Notes: generated by a model not told the origin, from the letters alone. A stretch of 64,000 nucleotides of DNA from Octopus sinensis (GCF_006345805.1 NC_043009.1:8122001-8186000); one strand, 5' to 3'. Counted from the stretch's first letter, positions 1 through 12,482 are shown. Translations and numbers: made by a program.

Positions 1-390
1 ATATAGAGGAGTACATCTACTTGGAACACACTGTGAATATCCACTGAAATATGGATGCTGAAATCTTGAGAGGAGTAAAGTGAGGATAGAAGGCATTTAC
101 TGCAATACATGATGTGCTCAAACCGAAGCTATAAAAGACCCTATGTACCAGTGTCTTTAATAGCACCATCCTATTTGCATTTTCACCCACAAGTGAGAAG
201 TGGGCCACTGCAAAGAAAGGACAACATCAGTTGACAACGATGGAAAGATCCATACTTAATATCACTACAAGTGCATATCTGAAATGAGGTAATGCAAGAA
301 TGGGGCATAGTGAACAACATGATTGCAGACTGCTAAAAGCAGTTGGGTTGGACAAGATGCAAGGTTCACAGACAACAGATGGCCCCAAGA
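1..390 (+). mobile_element. Degenerate RTE-clade LINE fragment (RT C-terminal region)
   Basis: Frame starting at nt 3 reads IEEYIYLEHTVNIH*NMDAEILRGVK*G*KAFTAIHDVLKPKL*KTLCTSVFNSTILFAFSPTSEKWATAKK...MERSIL, then WVGQDARFTDNRW. This matches the RTE pattern YxYLG...EIxRRI..GWxAF...FNSTVLP..YxSETW...MERxML...WAGHVAR..DNRW. Multiple stops. Confidence 0.8.
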
Positions 391-2120
391 AAGATGAACC
401 TAAAACCATACCAATTTCATTTTGAAAGAAACTGGTCCAGGTTTCAAAGGTAAAATATTTGATGAGAAAATGGTAGGAGAGATAGAAATGCAGGCACTAC
501 AATATCAACAGTGTCAGAACAACAACAGTGAAAAGTAAGTAACAAATTATCTCATGGAAAATAATGACAATTTAGAGACATCAGATATTAAATGAAAAAT
601 AATAACAATCAATGAATATATAAAAAAAGTATATGAACAACATGATTGAAAAATACAGGAAACATCCAATGAAAGAGTAACAAACAAATAGATATAATTA
701 CACTAGCAAAGAACACAGCTATAAAAAAAACATGATACAATTATGCAATCAAGTTAAAATAGTTGAGTTTAAATCATACAGCTTCTGAATTGCCAAATTT
801 GAAAATGATTTACTGATAATTTCAACAAAAGCAAATATAAAAAAATATGAGATTGTTGAAAACGATATATAAACAACTCGGAAGGAAATTAATAAAAGAC
901 TTTTTAAAAATCATTTAAACCCTAAGACTTATATAAAAGGAATGGAAAATGGAACAACGACAACCGTAGAAAATGCATCGATGAAACAACATCAAAACAA
1001 ACTTAAAAGCAATCAATGAAAATGGTTGCCATAGATGAAGACATTGATCAGCTTCAAAGTATTTAGAACCAGCCATGAATACTGGAAGAAGTCCAGTGAT
1101 CTTTCGATGATGGATGAGGCCTCAAAAAATGTGTAGAGCACATAGGCAGGCAGTTTTGATAGATGTGCATAGAAGACCAAAAGCTTTACTGATGACAAGA
1201 GTAACAAAATTCCTTTGAGCAAATTTCTTCAAGGCAAGATCCCACTAATGGGTGACTTAAAGGAGTAGATCCCAAGTGGATCTGGTTTATGCAAACTGTA
1301 TCTTTTGTTGTTAAGGGATGAAAAAGAGACAGAGAAAGCAAAATTCAAGCTGTTGGGGAACATTGGTAATAGGCAATCTCTATGAGGTCAATGATATTGA
1401 AACTGAGTGCAATAGGGAAATTTTTTGATAGTCGGAGAGATTGCCTTTCTTGGGAATAAGACACAGACACATTATAGGTTTTCCAATTATCAGGGTTCAT
1501 GCTTGTACAAATGAAAAGATTGAAGAATCTTAATGAAAAAATGGGCTAATAGTCGATGGCAATGCTTATGGTTACTGGAAACAAATTTGAAGTATATGTG
1601 TAAGCTTAGTGGTGGAGCTGCAAGTTAGAAAAAGGAATAGATTGGAAAAAGATTTGTCAAGTGTTTACCATGGGGACATAGCTACAAATTGGGAAGCAAC
1701 AAATATGAAGGCTATCTTTGCAGGCGATTGCTTACAGAACTCATCATTGTCATATATATATATGCATGCAATTATATACACACAGGCACACAAACATGTT
1801 CTCTGTTACATAATGCATTAAAGTGCTCCCTGATGATCCCTCATGGATAAGCATCCAGTTGCAGTGGAGTTTTCCAAGGCAGTGTTCCAAGTAACCACAA
1901 TTAAGAAATGTATGTAGGAGCAAATGACATAAACTTGTGTTTATCATAATTTCTTATATATACAGAGAGAGAGAGAGAGATTGTGTGTGTGTGTCAACAG
2001 GTGAGATCCTGGGATGCTCAATATAGAAAACATGGTAGTGCTCAAATGATTTGAACTTACACTCTGATATCGTTATCAAGGGCTAAGTTCATGGGGTAAA
2101 GAGTGGCTATAAGATGTATA

Positions 2121-3122
2121 TATTGGGTCATCCCATAAATAATGCAGTTTTTTCAACTACCTGAACTAAAAGTTGGAGAGGGATGGGATAAACTATCTGC
2201 ATCAACTTGCTATCAAAGCAGGTAATTTTACCTTGTACTTATTCTTAGTGGAAGTTTTGAAGAGTGCAGTTCGATTTTCAGTTATTTTTTCAAATCTATA
2301 ATGGAAGTTACAAAGGAGCATATCCGGCATATTTTGCTTTATGAATTCAATAAAAGCAACAGCGCAATGGAAAGTGCGAGAAATATTAAAGCAGTATATG
2401 GATATAGGACAATAAGCATAAGCCAGTATTAATGGTGGTTCTAGAAATTCTGAGCTGGAAACTACAGCCTAGAAGATGAACCTCAACCTGGATGATCTGT
2501 AGAGCTTGACGAGGATGTCCTGCAAACCCTGGTGGAACAAAATCCCATTGTAACTGTTGAGGAACTAGCAGAGAAGCTTGGATTTGGTCATTCAACCATT
2601 CATTGGCATCTGCGCGCCATCAAAAAAGTCTGCAAATTGGGTCAGTAGGTTCCTCACAAACTTTTCAAGTTTAATCGCATGCAGAGTTGAAGGTGTGCTC
2701 TTCATTGCTGTCACATCTCATGAATGAACCTTTTTTGGGCCAAATGGTGAGAAATGGGTTCTCTATAACAATGTCAGGTACAGAAGCCAGTGGGTAGGGA
2801 AAGGAGAAACACTGGCACCCCAGGTTAAAGAAGGTCTTCACCTACTTAAGATGTTGTTATTTATTTGGTGGGATGTGAAAGGTTTAGTTCACTTTGAACT
2901 TTTAAACTCAAACCAAACGATAACAAAGGAGATCTACTGTGAGCAGCTTGAGCAGCTTAAGTCAGTGCTAGAAGGAAAATGACCATCTTTGGTTTCAAGA
3001 CAAAAAGTTTTCTTCCATCAGGATAATGCTCGGCCACATACAGCAAGGGTGACATTCCAAAGGCTGAAGCAGTTTGAATGGGAAACAATGTGCCACCCAC
3101 CATATTCGCAGGACATTACCCC

Positions 3123-3123
<1 letters not shown>
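2121..3123 (+). mobile_element. Mariner (Tc1/mariner) transposon, decayed and 3'-truncated
   Basis: Starts with TA plus a mariner-type TIR (TATTGGGTCATCCCATAAATAATGCAGTTTTT). ATG at 2301 reads MEVTKEHIRHILLYEFNKSNSAMESARNIKAVYG. Later pieces are KLGQ*VPHKL (WVPHEL motif), EKWVLYNN, FHQDNARPHTA and HPPYSQDITP (YSPDLAP motif). Stops and frameshifts; ends abruptly at a (TA)n tract. Confidence 0.93.
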
Positions 3124-3156
<33 letters not shown>

Positions 3157-3210
3157 GTAAAAACGCTAGTTCTAAAATCTCTCTGAGAGCAACACAGTAG
3201 TTGTACTAAC

Positions 3211-3406
3211 AAGTAATGTTTGTAGCCACTTCAACATGCTGTATGTTTGAACGAACTTTACTGCAATTTTTTAATCCCAAGAGGTCATCTTCTCTAGCTG
3301 GTTAACGATGCATAGCTGCATCCGAGATATTGTCAGCAGGCAATAAAAATCGCAGTAAAGTCTGTTTGAACAGCCAGCCATGTTGAAGTGGCTACAAATA
3401 TTACTT
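3211..3406. mobile_element. Fold-back MITE-like element with long imperfect terminal inverted repeats
   Basis: AAGTAATGTTTGTAGCCACTTCAACATG at 3211 is the near-exact reverse complement of CATGTTGAAGTGGCTACAAATATTACTT ending at 3406. Pairing continues imperfectly inward (ACTTTACTGCAATTTTT / AAAAATCGCAGTAAAGT). Confidence 0.75.
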
Positions 3407-3578
3407 ATACATGTATATAATTAATAACAACAGAAGCAATATGAATACTAAAAGGTAATCTTTATCTCTAAATCAACATGGAGGTTCTGTTAGAACACAG
3501 AATATTGTGTTATTTAACTTGAAAGGACCTCTCACATGGACTTGTAGGGCATAGAAACACTCTTGCAGCCACTGGAAT

Positions 3579-3622
3579 TGCCAGATCACATGATTTCGCT
3601 CTGTTTGAGCTCTTCAGTGACA
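3579..3622 (-). ncRNA. Type I hammerhead ribozyme motif (minimal, intact core)
   Basis: Minus strand: TGTCA-CTGAAGA-GCTC AAACA GAGC-GAAA-TCATGTGA-TC-TGGCA. Stem I has 5 bp (one G-U), stem II 4 bp, and stem III is short and self-complementary. AUC cleavage triplet. Confidence 0.75.
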
Positions 3623-4187
3623 GACACTCGGTTGCATCATAACAGCTGAATCTCATCAACTGTATATAGAATACATTCATACTGTGTCTGTCGCTGTTGA
3701 TAATTTTTTAATAAGCCCACTGGCTATTGGTGACATGAATGCCTGAATCAACAATGAGTTTGTTGTAGGAAAGGAATATGCTGAACAGTGATAAATATTC
3801 TTTTTGATTGAATGATTTTAAATATATTTCACAAAGAAAATATCCAACGGGCTGTTAAAATATTAAAAGGTGAATATCCTTCTACTTTCCTGCATCCAGG
3901 CAATTATTGAGAGATTGTTAACCTAGCTTTAGATCTCCTTGTTTTTATTCATTTATTTCTTTGACTAAGACACGACCATCTCATAAAATAACTTAATACA
4001 AAGTAAAGAATATTCAGCAACAAACTCAGAAGAATTATTTCACCAATATCAATAATGACATGTTTAACATAACTATCAATTTATAATTCTTACCTTCTTG
4101 TCATGTTTTCACTGTGCTTTTTTAACAATTCAGACATAACATGATCTGGAATGAAACTTTTTCTCCAAAATTTCAATAAATTTGGTA

Positions 4188-4584
4188 TACTTTTTACTTG
4201 TTTCAGTCATTTGACTGCGGCCATGTTGGAGCACCGCCTTTAGTCGAGCAAATCGACCCCGGGACTTATTCTTTGTAAGCCCAGTACATATTCTATCGGT
4301 CTCTTTTTGCCGAGCCGCTAAGTGACGGGGACGTAAACACACCAGCATCGGTTGTCAAGCAATGCTAGGGGGACAAACACAGACACACACACACATACAT
4401 ACATATATATATACATATATACGACAGGCTTCTTTCAGTTTCCGTCTACCAAATCCACTCACAAGGCATTGGTCGGCCCGAGGCTATAGCAGAAGACACT
4501 TGCCCAAGATGCCACGCAGTGGGACTGAACCCGGAACCATGTGGTTGGTAAGCAAGCTACTTACCACACACCCACTCCTGTGCC
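4188..4584 (-). mobile_element. tRNA-derived SINE, family A (near full length)
   Basis: Minus-strand tRNA-like head with A box (GTGGxTGTGTGGTAAG) and B box (GGTTCAGTCC), CORE-like CTTGGGCAAGTGTCTT, internal (TG/TA)n, and a 3' hairpin CAGTCAAATGACTG before an A-rich tail. More than 15 copies in the window. Confidence 0.9.
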
Positions 4585-4828
4585 TATGTCAAACACCTGC
4601 ATAAAAATATACAAATAACCCATGTATGGTCAACAAATATTTAAATGTTTAATGAATAATGTAGTTATAATTATACTATGTGTGAAAAAAAAGTGGCAGG
4701 GTAGTCAGGAGTAGAAATTAAACTTCCTGGCTCCTGAAGTTATTATGACTGATTATAAATCGATAGATGCTCCACAACTTTACACATCAAAGAGAATAAA
4801 AATTCTCTCACTGAATTCTTTAACTTGT

Positions 4829-5198
4829 TATTCTTTATTCTTTTATTTGTTTCAGTCATTTGACTGCAGCCGTGCTGGAGCACTGCCATTAGTTGAGCAA
4901 ATCGATCCCAGGGCTTATTCTTTGTAAGCCTAGTACTTATTCTATTAGTCTCTCTTGCCGAACTGCTAAGTGACGGGGACGTAAACACACCAGCATCGGT
5001 TGTCAAGCAATGTTGGGGACACACACATACACACACATGACGGGCTTCTTTCAGTTTCTGTCTACAAATTCACTCACAAGGCTTTGGTTGACTGAGGCTA
5101 TAGTAGAAGACACTTGCCCAAGGTGTCACGCAGTGGGACTGAACCCAGAACCATGTGGTTGGGAAGCAAGCTACTTACCACACAGCCACTCCTGTGCC
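4829..5198 (-). mobile_element. tRNA-derived SINE, family A
   Basis: Colinear with the 4188-4584 copy over its full length. Confidence 0.9.
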
Positions 5199-5740
5199 TA
5201 ATCTCATAAGAAGAGGAAATCCAGTTAACCTCAAAATATCACCATTCACATTGTAAAATGCATCAAAGGGAATCGTCTACCACATCTACCTGTCTTCTTC
5301 ATGTAATACTTAAAGAGGCTAATGAAACCTTCACTGGAGGAGAAATGCCTGTATCTTTACATTCTAACTATACCTAACACACAATTTCCTAGCAGCAGCC
5401 AAAAGAAAACTATACACCCATTCTTGATAAAAAGAACAAAAAGCAGTGAACCAACTAATTGTTACTATAAATCCAGCTGATAGTGAGATTTGTACTACAT
5501 GTTACAGCATCTGTATGACACAAGCTCACATGGTGGCAATAGTCTGACCCCGAGTGAATGCGTGTAGGATGGTTCTGTGTTGCGCTTCACATTTCTTGAA
5601 CATTTCCAGTATTTTTTACTTCTCTCTTAGAAAGCTTCATTTCATATGAGGAAATTTATATTACAAAAATAAAATAGAGAAAATGCTTTGAGAACTTTAT
5701 CATGGATAAAAGAAAGTATTTACATTTTTATCAGAATACA

Positions 5741-5801
5741 CTACTAGTTTTGATTGCTTTAAATGCTAATTTAAAGCAATTAAAGCAATCAAAACTAGTA
5801 G
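5741..5801. repeat. Perfect 22-bp inverted repeat with short spacer
   Basis: CTACTAGTTTTGATTGCTTTAA (5741-5762) pairs with TTAAAGCAATCAAAACTAGTAG (5780-5801). Confidence 0.85.
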
Positions 5802-6315
5802 AACCAGAAACTTTAGTGGCTTCTTATCTGCACATTTGTCTATATGTGCACTGAGTCCTGTTTGCTTGTAGTGCTGTATTTTAATTTGTGATCAATGCAT
5901 AGTCATGCATTAACTTAAAGACCTCATGATTTGTCCTATGTAGTTATTTCTACATGCTGAACACTTTATAAAGTTTTCAGAATACAGGTGATGTTATTTT
6001 ATTTTATTGTGAATGTACTTGCACACACATGTATGCATAGAGAAAAAGAGATAGATGTCTTCAAAGCAATAACTAAAATAAAATTGACATCTGAATTGTC
6101 ATTATTTTCAAACAGTTGGGTAGTAACTGACCATAAAAATACAATACAAGCCATCTCAGAAAAAATACCCTCCTTTCTCTTTCTTTCCTGTCCTTTTTGT
6201 CTTCCTGTCTTTCCTTCTTTTCTTTTCCACCTTCTTTTCTTCCTCTAACCAAGCCTCCCAAAATTCACCACACACACATATTTGCATGCACATGCTTGTA
6301 CACACACATGCACAC

Positions 6316-6363
<48 letters not shown>

Positions 6364-6476
6364 ATGATCACGTGACCGACCAGGCTATCAGATGTTGTTA
6401 CACATCACTGGTCACAATGCACTCCGCATTGTTTTAGCCTTCAAATAATGCTACCCCACTGGCCAAGCGAGCAGGC

Positions 6477-6535
<59 letters not shown>

Positions 6536-7642
6536 AACACACATAATGATAACAAAAGAACATTCTCTTTCAGGTTTATATAAAAGGCATAAATTTTCTG
6601 TAAAAGTTAATTTTGGAAACATACAAGATGAAATTGCTCATAATCAATTATCCAAAATTCTGACTACCTCCTTTTTTTCTTAATATATATATATATTGAA
6701 AATGATATTACTCTTTTACTCTGTAACTTCTTCAGTGAAGGGGTAGCTAAGCTGGGGCACTAATATCTATTTCCTTTTTTTTTTTTTTTTTTTGTTACAA
6801 GTAAAGTATTCAAGACCACATCCTACATATGATTACAACAACTGCAAATGCACTTCCCTACTGCTCAGCTCAACAAACATAAGCTCCTCTATTCCAACAG
6901 CACCACCACCACCAACAACAACATCACCACTAGACACACTATATTGCTGTTATTAACACACACTCAAACCAACCAGATAATTTAAACATTACACATCCTT
7001 GTTTCTACTCACGGTATACCGTGTAAGTTAACTGTTAATTCCATCATGTAAAGTTTGTTACTTGATACTTATACAAGGTGGGGGCCACCTTAAATGACCA
7101 TAGCATTCATCTACTCTTAGCTCATCTGTTTCCTGCTTTCTCTCCGTGTACACTTTTCTCCGATGTTTCTTAATATATTTAGTTCTTAATAAAACCAAAT
7201 ACTGCTGCATTTTATATATCTTTGTGAATTAGTAATAAAAAAAAAAGGACATTTCACAACATTTCTCACAATTATTAAATTTACATCTTCATTTATTCAC
7301 TTGTTCATTATTTGAGATGTCACAATAACAAAAGGCAGCTGCCATATGTTCCTATGCACGTATCAAGAAATATCGATTTCTCAAAATGACCCCAATACCC
7401 GATGATGTTGCTTAGACTGAGCCAAGTAAACATTTTATCAACAGCATTCCATCTATGAACATCCTGGTTTATTGATATTTATAACATCTAAAAGAAGTGG
7501 CTTCTTTATTCACCTTCGGTGATGTGTATACATATCTCTGTGTGTATATGATTATATATATGTGTGTGGGGGGAGTATCACAAATGCTTAACACACAGAA
7601 GGTTGTAAGTTCGAAACTTGTAGGAACCTATTTTCTTTTATG

Positions 7643-8292
7643 AGTGCAGGCATGGCTGTGTGGTATGAAGCTTGCTTCCGAACCACATGGTGCTGGGTTC
7701 AGTCCCACTGCATGGCACCTTGGGCAAGTATCTTCTACTATAGCCTTGGGCCAACCAAAGCTTTGTGAATGGATTTGGTAGATGGAAACTGAAAGAATGT
7801 CTTGAAATAATGGTTTGTAAGTGGTTATTGAATCAAACTGGCACTGAAGATAGTTTGTGTTTAAATTAATAAACAAGTCTATATCGTACAACGCAAAGTA
7901 GATAAATGAAAAACTTTAAATTGAAGGATATTAAAGTAAAGACCCTGAAGAAACTGCACCGGTATTATAGTAGACTGGTAATTATAATGGTTACTAATTG
8001 ATGCAGCTGAAACGAGTAGGTCTATATAAAGCTGTATATATAAAAAAAAATTAAAGGTAATGCGATGCTACTTTGTAATAATCCTTATTATTATTGATAT
8101 ATATGTGTGTGTGTGTGTATTTGTCTCTCCTTCTACTGCTTGACAATCAGTGTTGGTGGTTTGGCAAAAGAGACTTACAGAGTACACACTAGTCTTAAAA
8201 ATAAGTCCTGGGGTTGATATATTTGACTAAAAGTTCTTCAAGGCAGTACCCCAACATGACCACTGTCTAATAACTGAAACAATAGATAAAAG
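7643..8292 (+). mobile_element. Family A SINE split by a ~300-bp hammerhead-bearing insert
   Basis: SINE head at 7643-7797 ends GGAAACTGAAAGAA. Unrelated sequence follows at ~7798-8100, then the SINE (TG)n and tail resume at ~8103-8292. Confidence 0.8.
7940..8023 (+). ncRNA. Type I hammerhead ribozyme motif with long stem II
   Basis: AGACC-CTGAAGA-AACTGCA...TGCAGCT-GAAA-C GA G-TA-GGTCT. Stem I has 5 bp and stem II 6/7 bp with an internal hairpin. Minimal stem III and GUA triplet (cut after 8018). Confidence 0.65.
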
Positions 8293-8329
8293 ATGCATAT
8301 ATATATATAGATGCATATATATATATATA

Positions 8330-8796
8330 AGACTCAGCAAACCAAGTGAGACCTATGCCAGGGGTGTAACCAGCCCACTTATGTGTACCTTTCCTTCATT
8401 GGACACTAAACTCTGCTTGTGAAGACCTGTTGAGGCAAGTGCAAAATCGAAATCAAATTCGATGATTGGCATCCGTGCTAGTGGAGCGCTAAGAGTATCA
8501 TCCGAGTGTGATCGTTGCCAGAGCAACAAACTGGCTTCCGTGCCGGTGGCACGTAAAAAGCACCATTTGAGCGTGGGCGTTGCCAGTACTGCCTGACTGG
8601 CCCTCGTGCCAGTGGCATGTAAAAGCACCCACTACACTCTCGGAGTGGTTGGTGTTAGGAAGGGCATCCAGCTGTAGAAACTCTGCCAGATCAAATTGGA
8701 GCCTGGTGCAGCCATCTGGTTCACCAGTCCCCAATCAAACCGTCCAACCCATGTCAGCATGGAAAGCGGACATAAAACGATGATGATGATGATGAT
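8330..8796 (+). mobile_element. (GAT)n-tailed short retroposon, family D
   Basis: Contains GGTTGGTGTTAGGAAGGGCATCCAGCTGTAGAAAC...AACCCATGTCAGCATGGAAAGCGGACATAAAACGATGATGATG. Other copies or fragments at ~10775-10920(-), 12095-12250(-), 17445-17720(-), 22285-22520(+), 26340-26490(-), 26640-26785(-), 32200-32505(+), 34660-34840(-), 37745-37885(+), 39390-39550(+), 44580-44770(-), 48157-48365(-), 55215-55420(-), 60345-60580(+), 61790-61990(+), 63400-63545(+). Confidence 0.8.
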
Positions 8797-9149
8797 ATAT
8801 ATATTTACACATTGTTTTATATATATATATATAACAGAGTGACAAAGAATAAATTTGAAATGCCACCTCACCAATATCTTGGAATTAAAAGAAACTGTTA
8901 TTCTTGATTTGCTTATATTTGTTTGAAAAGTTTAACATAAAATCATTCACAATTAAGTGAATTAAGTGCCACAGAGAATGGAACTAACCAAATAACGTCA
9001 GCTTTGAATGATGGAGAAGTTTCATATCCTAATGAAAACTTCCGGCAATCTAAATTCAAAAACAGAGATCCATGTCTAAATCCTGCCTCTAGAAAGAGTT
9101 TTATCTAACAAATTATATGTAACATGTAACACCAGACTGACCAATTAGG

Positions 9150-9930
9150 TGTAGACATCAAGAGCAATGAAGAAGACTAAGGCACAAATGGATATTTGTT
9201 GCATATTGTCTTGGAAACTAACAGTATTGAAATAACGTCTTCGTTGATATGAGATATGAATGTCATATAGAATGACACTTAAAGTAATGGAAAATGTAGT
9301 CAAGTCAGATGTCATTATAATCATATTTACTCTGACATGTTGAGTATTCTTGAATTTGTTCTTGGGAGAAACTGTTTACCTCTACCCGAGTGTGATTTAG
9401 CTCAATATCATTGAGCAGTGACACAATGCTTGTGTACAGTCAAATGATGTGAATAACATTTCCATTTACAAACCAAAGGAAGAATATATTTTTGCTTTAG
9501 TCCAGCAATAGCAGTAAGGGTAAGAGGCCGTACTGGAAAATTCCTGGATTTAATTGTATCACAAAAGGCCACCTGGTTGGAGGCCCAACCTTCTGAGTTC
9601 TTTTACAGGGTTTAGAAAAACTGAAGGGCTACTCCAATAGGTGTGTATGTCTAAAAGGGAAATATGTTGAATAAAATCATAATTGATCCTCCTGTATTTT
9701 CTTTTGTCCAAAGTCAGGAACTTTACAGCATCTGCTTGTACTACATCTTGCTCATTGTGGAGAAGATGCTGATCAAGGTCTGATTCAAAAGACTTGTCCA
9801 GTCGATATCATAAAATATTACGCAAGTGTCACAGTGCTACATGGGTAGGACCGTGCTACAATTGACATTATATTCTTTACGAAGCAGCATCAGGAGAAAT
9901 TCAGGATGAATTGTTTGGTGTGAACTTATT
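9150..9930 (+). mobile_element. Possible highly decayed piggyBac-like transposase remnant (interrupted by a MITE)
   Basis: YLLHIVLETNS at ~9193-9225 resembles the PGBD 'IVxETNxYA' motif, with a later HCGED resembling YxGK. Otherwise very degenerate. Confidence 0.3.
9521..9740 (+). mobile_element. Mariner-derived non-autonomous element (MITE)
   Basis: TIR-like ends TAAGAGGCCGTACTGGAAAATTCCTGG / CAGGAACTTTACAGCATCTGCTTGTA. Retains the transposase C-terminus (FFYRV*KN / GKYVE*-like). Inverted copy at 29830-30039. Confidence 0.8.
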
Positions 9931-11195
9931 TCAGATAATCTTTGAAATATGTCTAACTAATCTTCTTAAATTAGTTTCATTTCTTTTACTTATTTCATGC
10001 ATGCTGGAGTACCGACCTCAAGAGTTTTTGTCTATCATTTCTGTCTGACACTTAATTTTAATGCTACCTTTGACCTCCTGAGACATAGCGAGGACACAGC
10101 ATAAATACAGTTCTGGATGGGGACACATGTATGTGTACAAGTGTATGTATGGACTTCAGTACAGTTTCCATTTACCAAATTACACTCTCAAGCTATTTGG
10201 TCAATCTGAAGCATTAGGAGGAAACATGTACCTATGGTGCCATGCAGTGGGATTGAACCTAGAAGCCATGTGGTAGCAAAGCAAAGTTCTTAACCACTTG
10301 ACTATGTCTCTGCTTATGTATAATTTCATGCTTTAGTTAGTTTTGATTTTTATTATAGTTAGTTGGTTGTCAATACTTAAGGTTTTCAGTAGATATCATT
10401 GCTATAAATTTGTAATTCTTATCATCTTATGAATATAAATTTCTAATATTAACCTTTGGAACCAGCCATGGTTTTGAGGTTTTTAATATATTCATGAACT
10501 TCTTAGTCTCCAAGTAATTACTGCTTTTAAATGCTCTTCTTTTCATGGAAATCCAGTCTGATCAGATTTTACTTTGCCATTTGAATGGTCTTGTAATCTT
10601 GGTGTAATTTCTGAAATGAATTTATTCCGAAGAGTATGTTCTCAATCTTGATAAGTAAATATTTTCATGTCTGCTCTCTCTTAAGATCTTAGTTATAAGA
10701 TTTATTCAAAATCTCACAGCTATAGTTTGTATTTTAGTTTCTCTCGGAATTGTAGCTCATTCTCTATATATATAATCATCATCATCATTTAATGTCTGCT
10801 TTTCATACTGGCATGGGTTGGACAGTTTGACAGGAGCTGGAACTACACCAAGCTACTGTGTCTGTTTTTGCATGGTTTTTATGACTAGATCCCTTTCCTA
10901 ACACCAACCACTCCACAGATGTTCTTTTTGCTGGTGTCTGGCTTAAGACTGTGACCATGTTGGAGCACCAGCCTTAAAAGCTTTATAGTTGGTTATATTG
11001 ATATCAACCTCACTACTTTCTCTAGCCCCTACATTATCAACCATGTATGGGACAAAAGGAAAACTGATGTGATAGTTTATCTTTAATGTCCTGTTTTTTT
11101 TGCATATAGTCATTCTATATATATGTATACACACACACACATCCAACAAGTTTTTGAACAGTTTTTATCTCTAGAATTTTAAAGTTTTGGTTTAA

Positions 11196-11510
11196 AGTAC
11201 ATGGCTCGGTGCTTAGAGCACTGGGCTCACAATCATGAGGTAGTGAGTTCAATTCCTGGACCAGGCTGTGTGTTGTGTTCTTGAACACAACATTTTATTT
11301 CATGTTGCACCAGTTCACTCAGCTGTAGAAATGAGTTGCAACATCACTGGTTCCAAGCTGTATTGGCCTGTGCTTTTCCTTTGGATAAGTGGCATGGAGT
11401 GGGGAGGCTGGTATGGATGGGTGACTGCTGGTCTTCCATAAGCAACCTTACCTGGACTTGTGTCTTGGAGGGGAACTTTCTAGCTGCAATCCCATGGTCA
11501 TTCATGACCA
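11196..11510 (+). mobile_element. tRNA-derived SINE, family C
   Basis: Head CATGGCTCGGTGCTTAGAGC...GAGTTCAATTCC (A and B boxes), then TGTGTTCTTGAACACAACATTTTATTTCA (CORE-like). Related heads at 27818-28147(-), ~36678-36900(+), 39570-39870(+), 40433-40809(+), 62980-63284(+). Confidence 0.8.
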
Positions 11511-12482
11511 AAGTGTGTGCGTCTGTGGGGGTCTTTTCTTTTTTCTGATTCACCCAAGGCTACAGTAAATCATATTCTCATATTTCTGTGCAGTTGGTTC
11601 AAACATACAACCACTGGGACATGTGATAAAATTTTGTAACCCATAGGCATGTCTGCATATGTATTTGTCCATGCATGTGCATGTAGGTGTGGCTGTGTGG
11701 TTAAGAAGTTTGATTTCCAAGCACATAACTTTGGGTTCAGTTCCACTGCATGACACTTTGGGCAACAAGTGTCTTCAAATTTTGCCCCAGCCCAACCAAA
11801 ACTTTGAGTGGATTTTGGTACATGGAAACTGAAAGAAGCCTCTGTGTGTGTGTATGTTTGTGTCTACTTGTCTTTGTATGATTGTTGTTAATGAATGTCA
11901 CTCATCTTCAATATTCTGCAAAAACATGTTTGGTCAATGAGGAAATGTTACATTGCTTGGAAACACAGTTAGGATTGGTGACATAAAGGTCATCAAGCCA
12001 TAGAAAATCTGTCTCAAGAAACTGTCTAACCCATGCAAGCATGGAAATATGGATGTCAAAATGATGATTATATATATCACCATCATCACCATACATCTGT
12101 TTTCCATGCTGGCATGGGCTAGACAGTTTGTCAGGAGCTGGTAAGACAGAGAACGACCCTAGGCTCTATTGTTTGCTTTGGCATGATTTCAACAGTGATA
12201 TGCTCTTCCTGACACCAACCAGTTTACAGAGTGTATTGAGTGCTTTTTATGCATGCGTGTGTGTGTGTGGGGGGAGGGTTGTATGTATGTAATATTTTGT
12301 ACTAATGTGTATATAACAATTAGTACTGATGAGTTGAGTAAAGCATTGGCACAGTTTGGATCTACTTCAGGAATTCTGCAGTGTTAGTTGAGATGATAAT
12401 AATAATAATAATATTAATTATTATTATTATTATATATAATTATTATCATTTATTATTTTAATTATTATTATATACATACTCT

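Noticed and set aside
400-1015. A-rich strand-biased stretch resembling a decayed ORF
   Set aside because: No recognisable domain motif in any frame.
1824-1870. CTCC-CTGATGA-TCC..GGA-TAAG...GGAG hammerhead-like string
   Set aside because: It lacks the GAAA box and a valid UH cleavage site; at best a decayed remnant.
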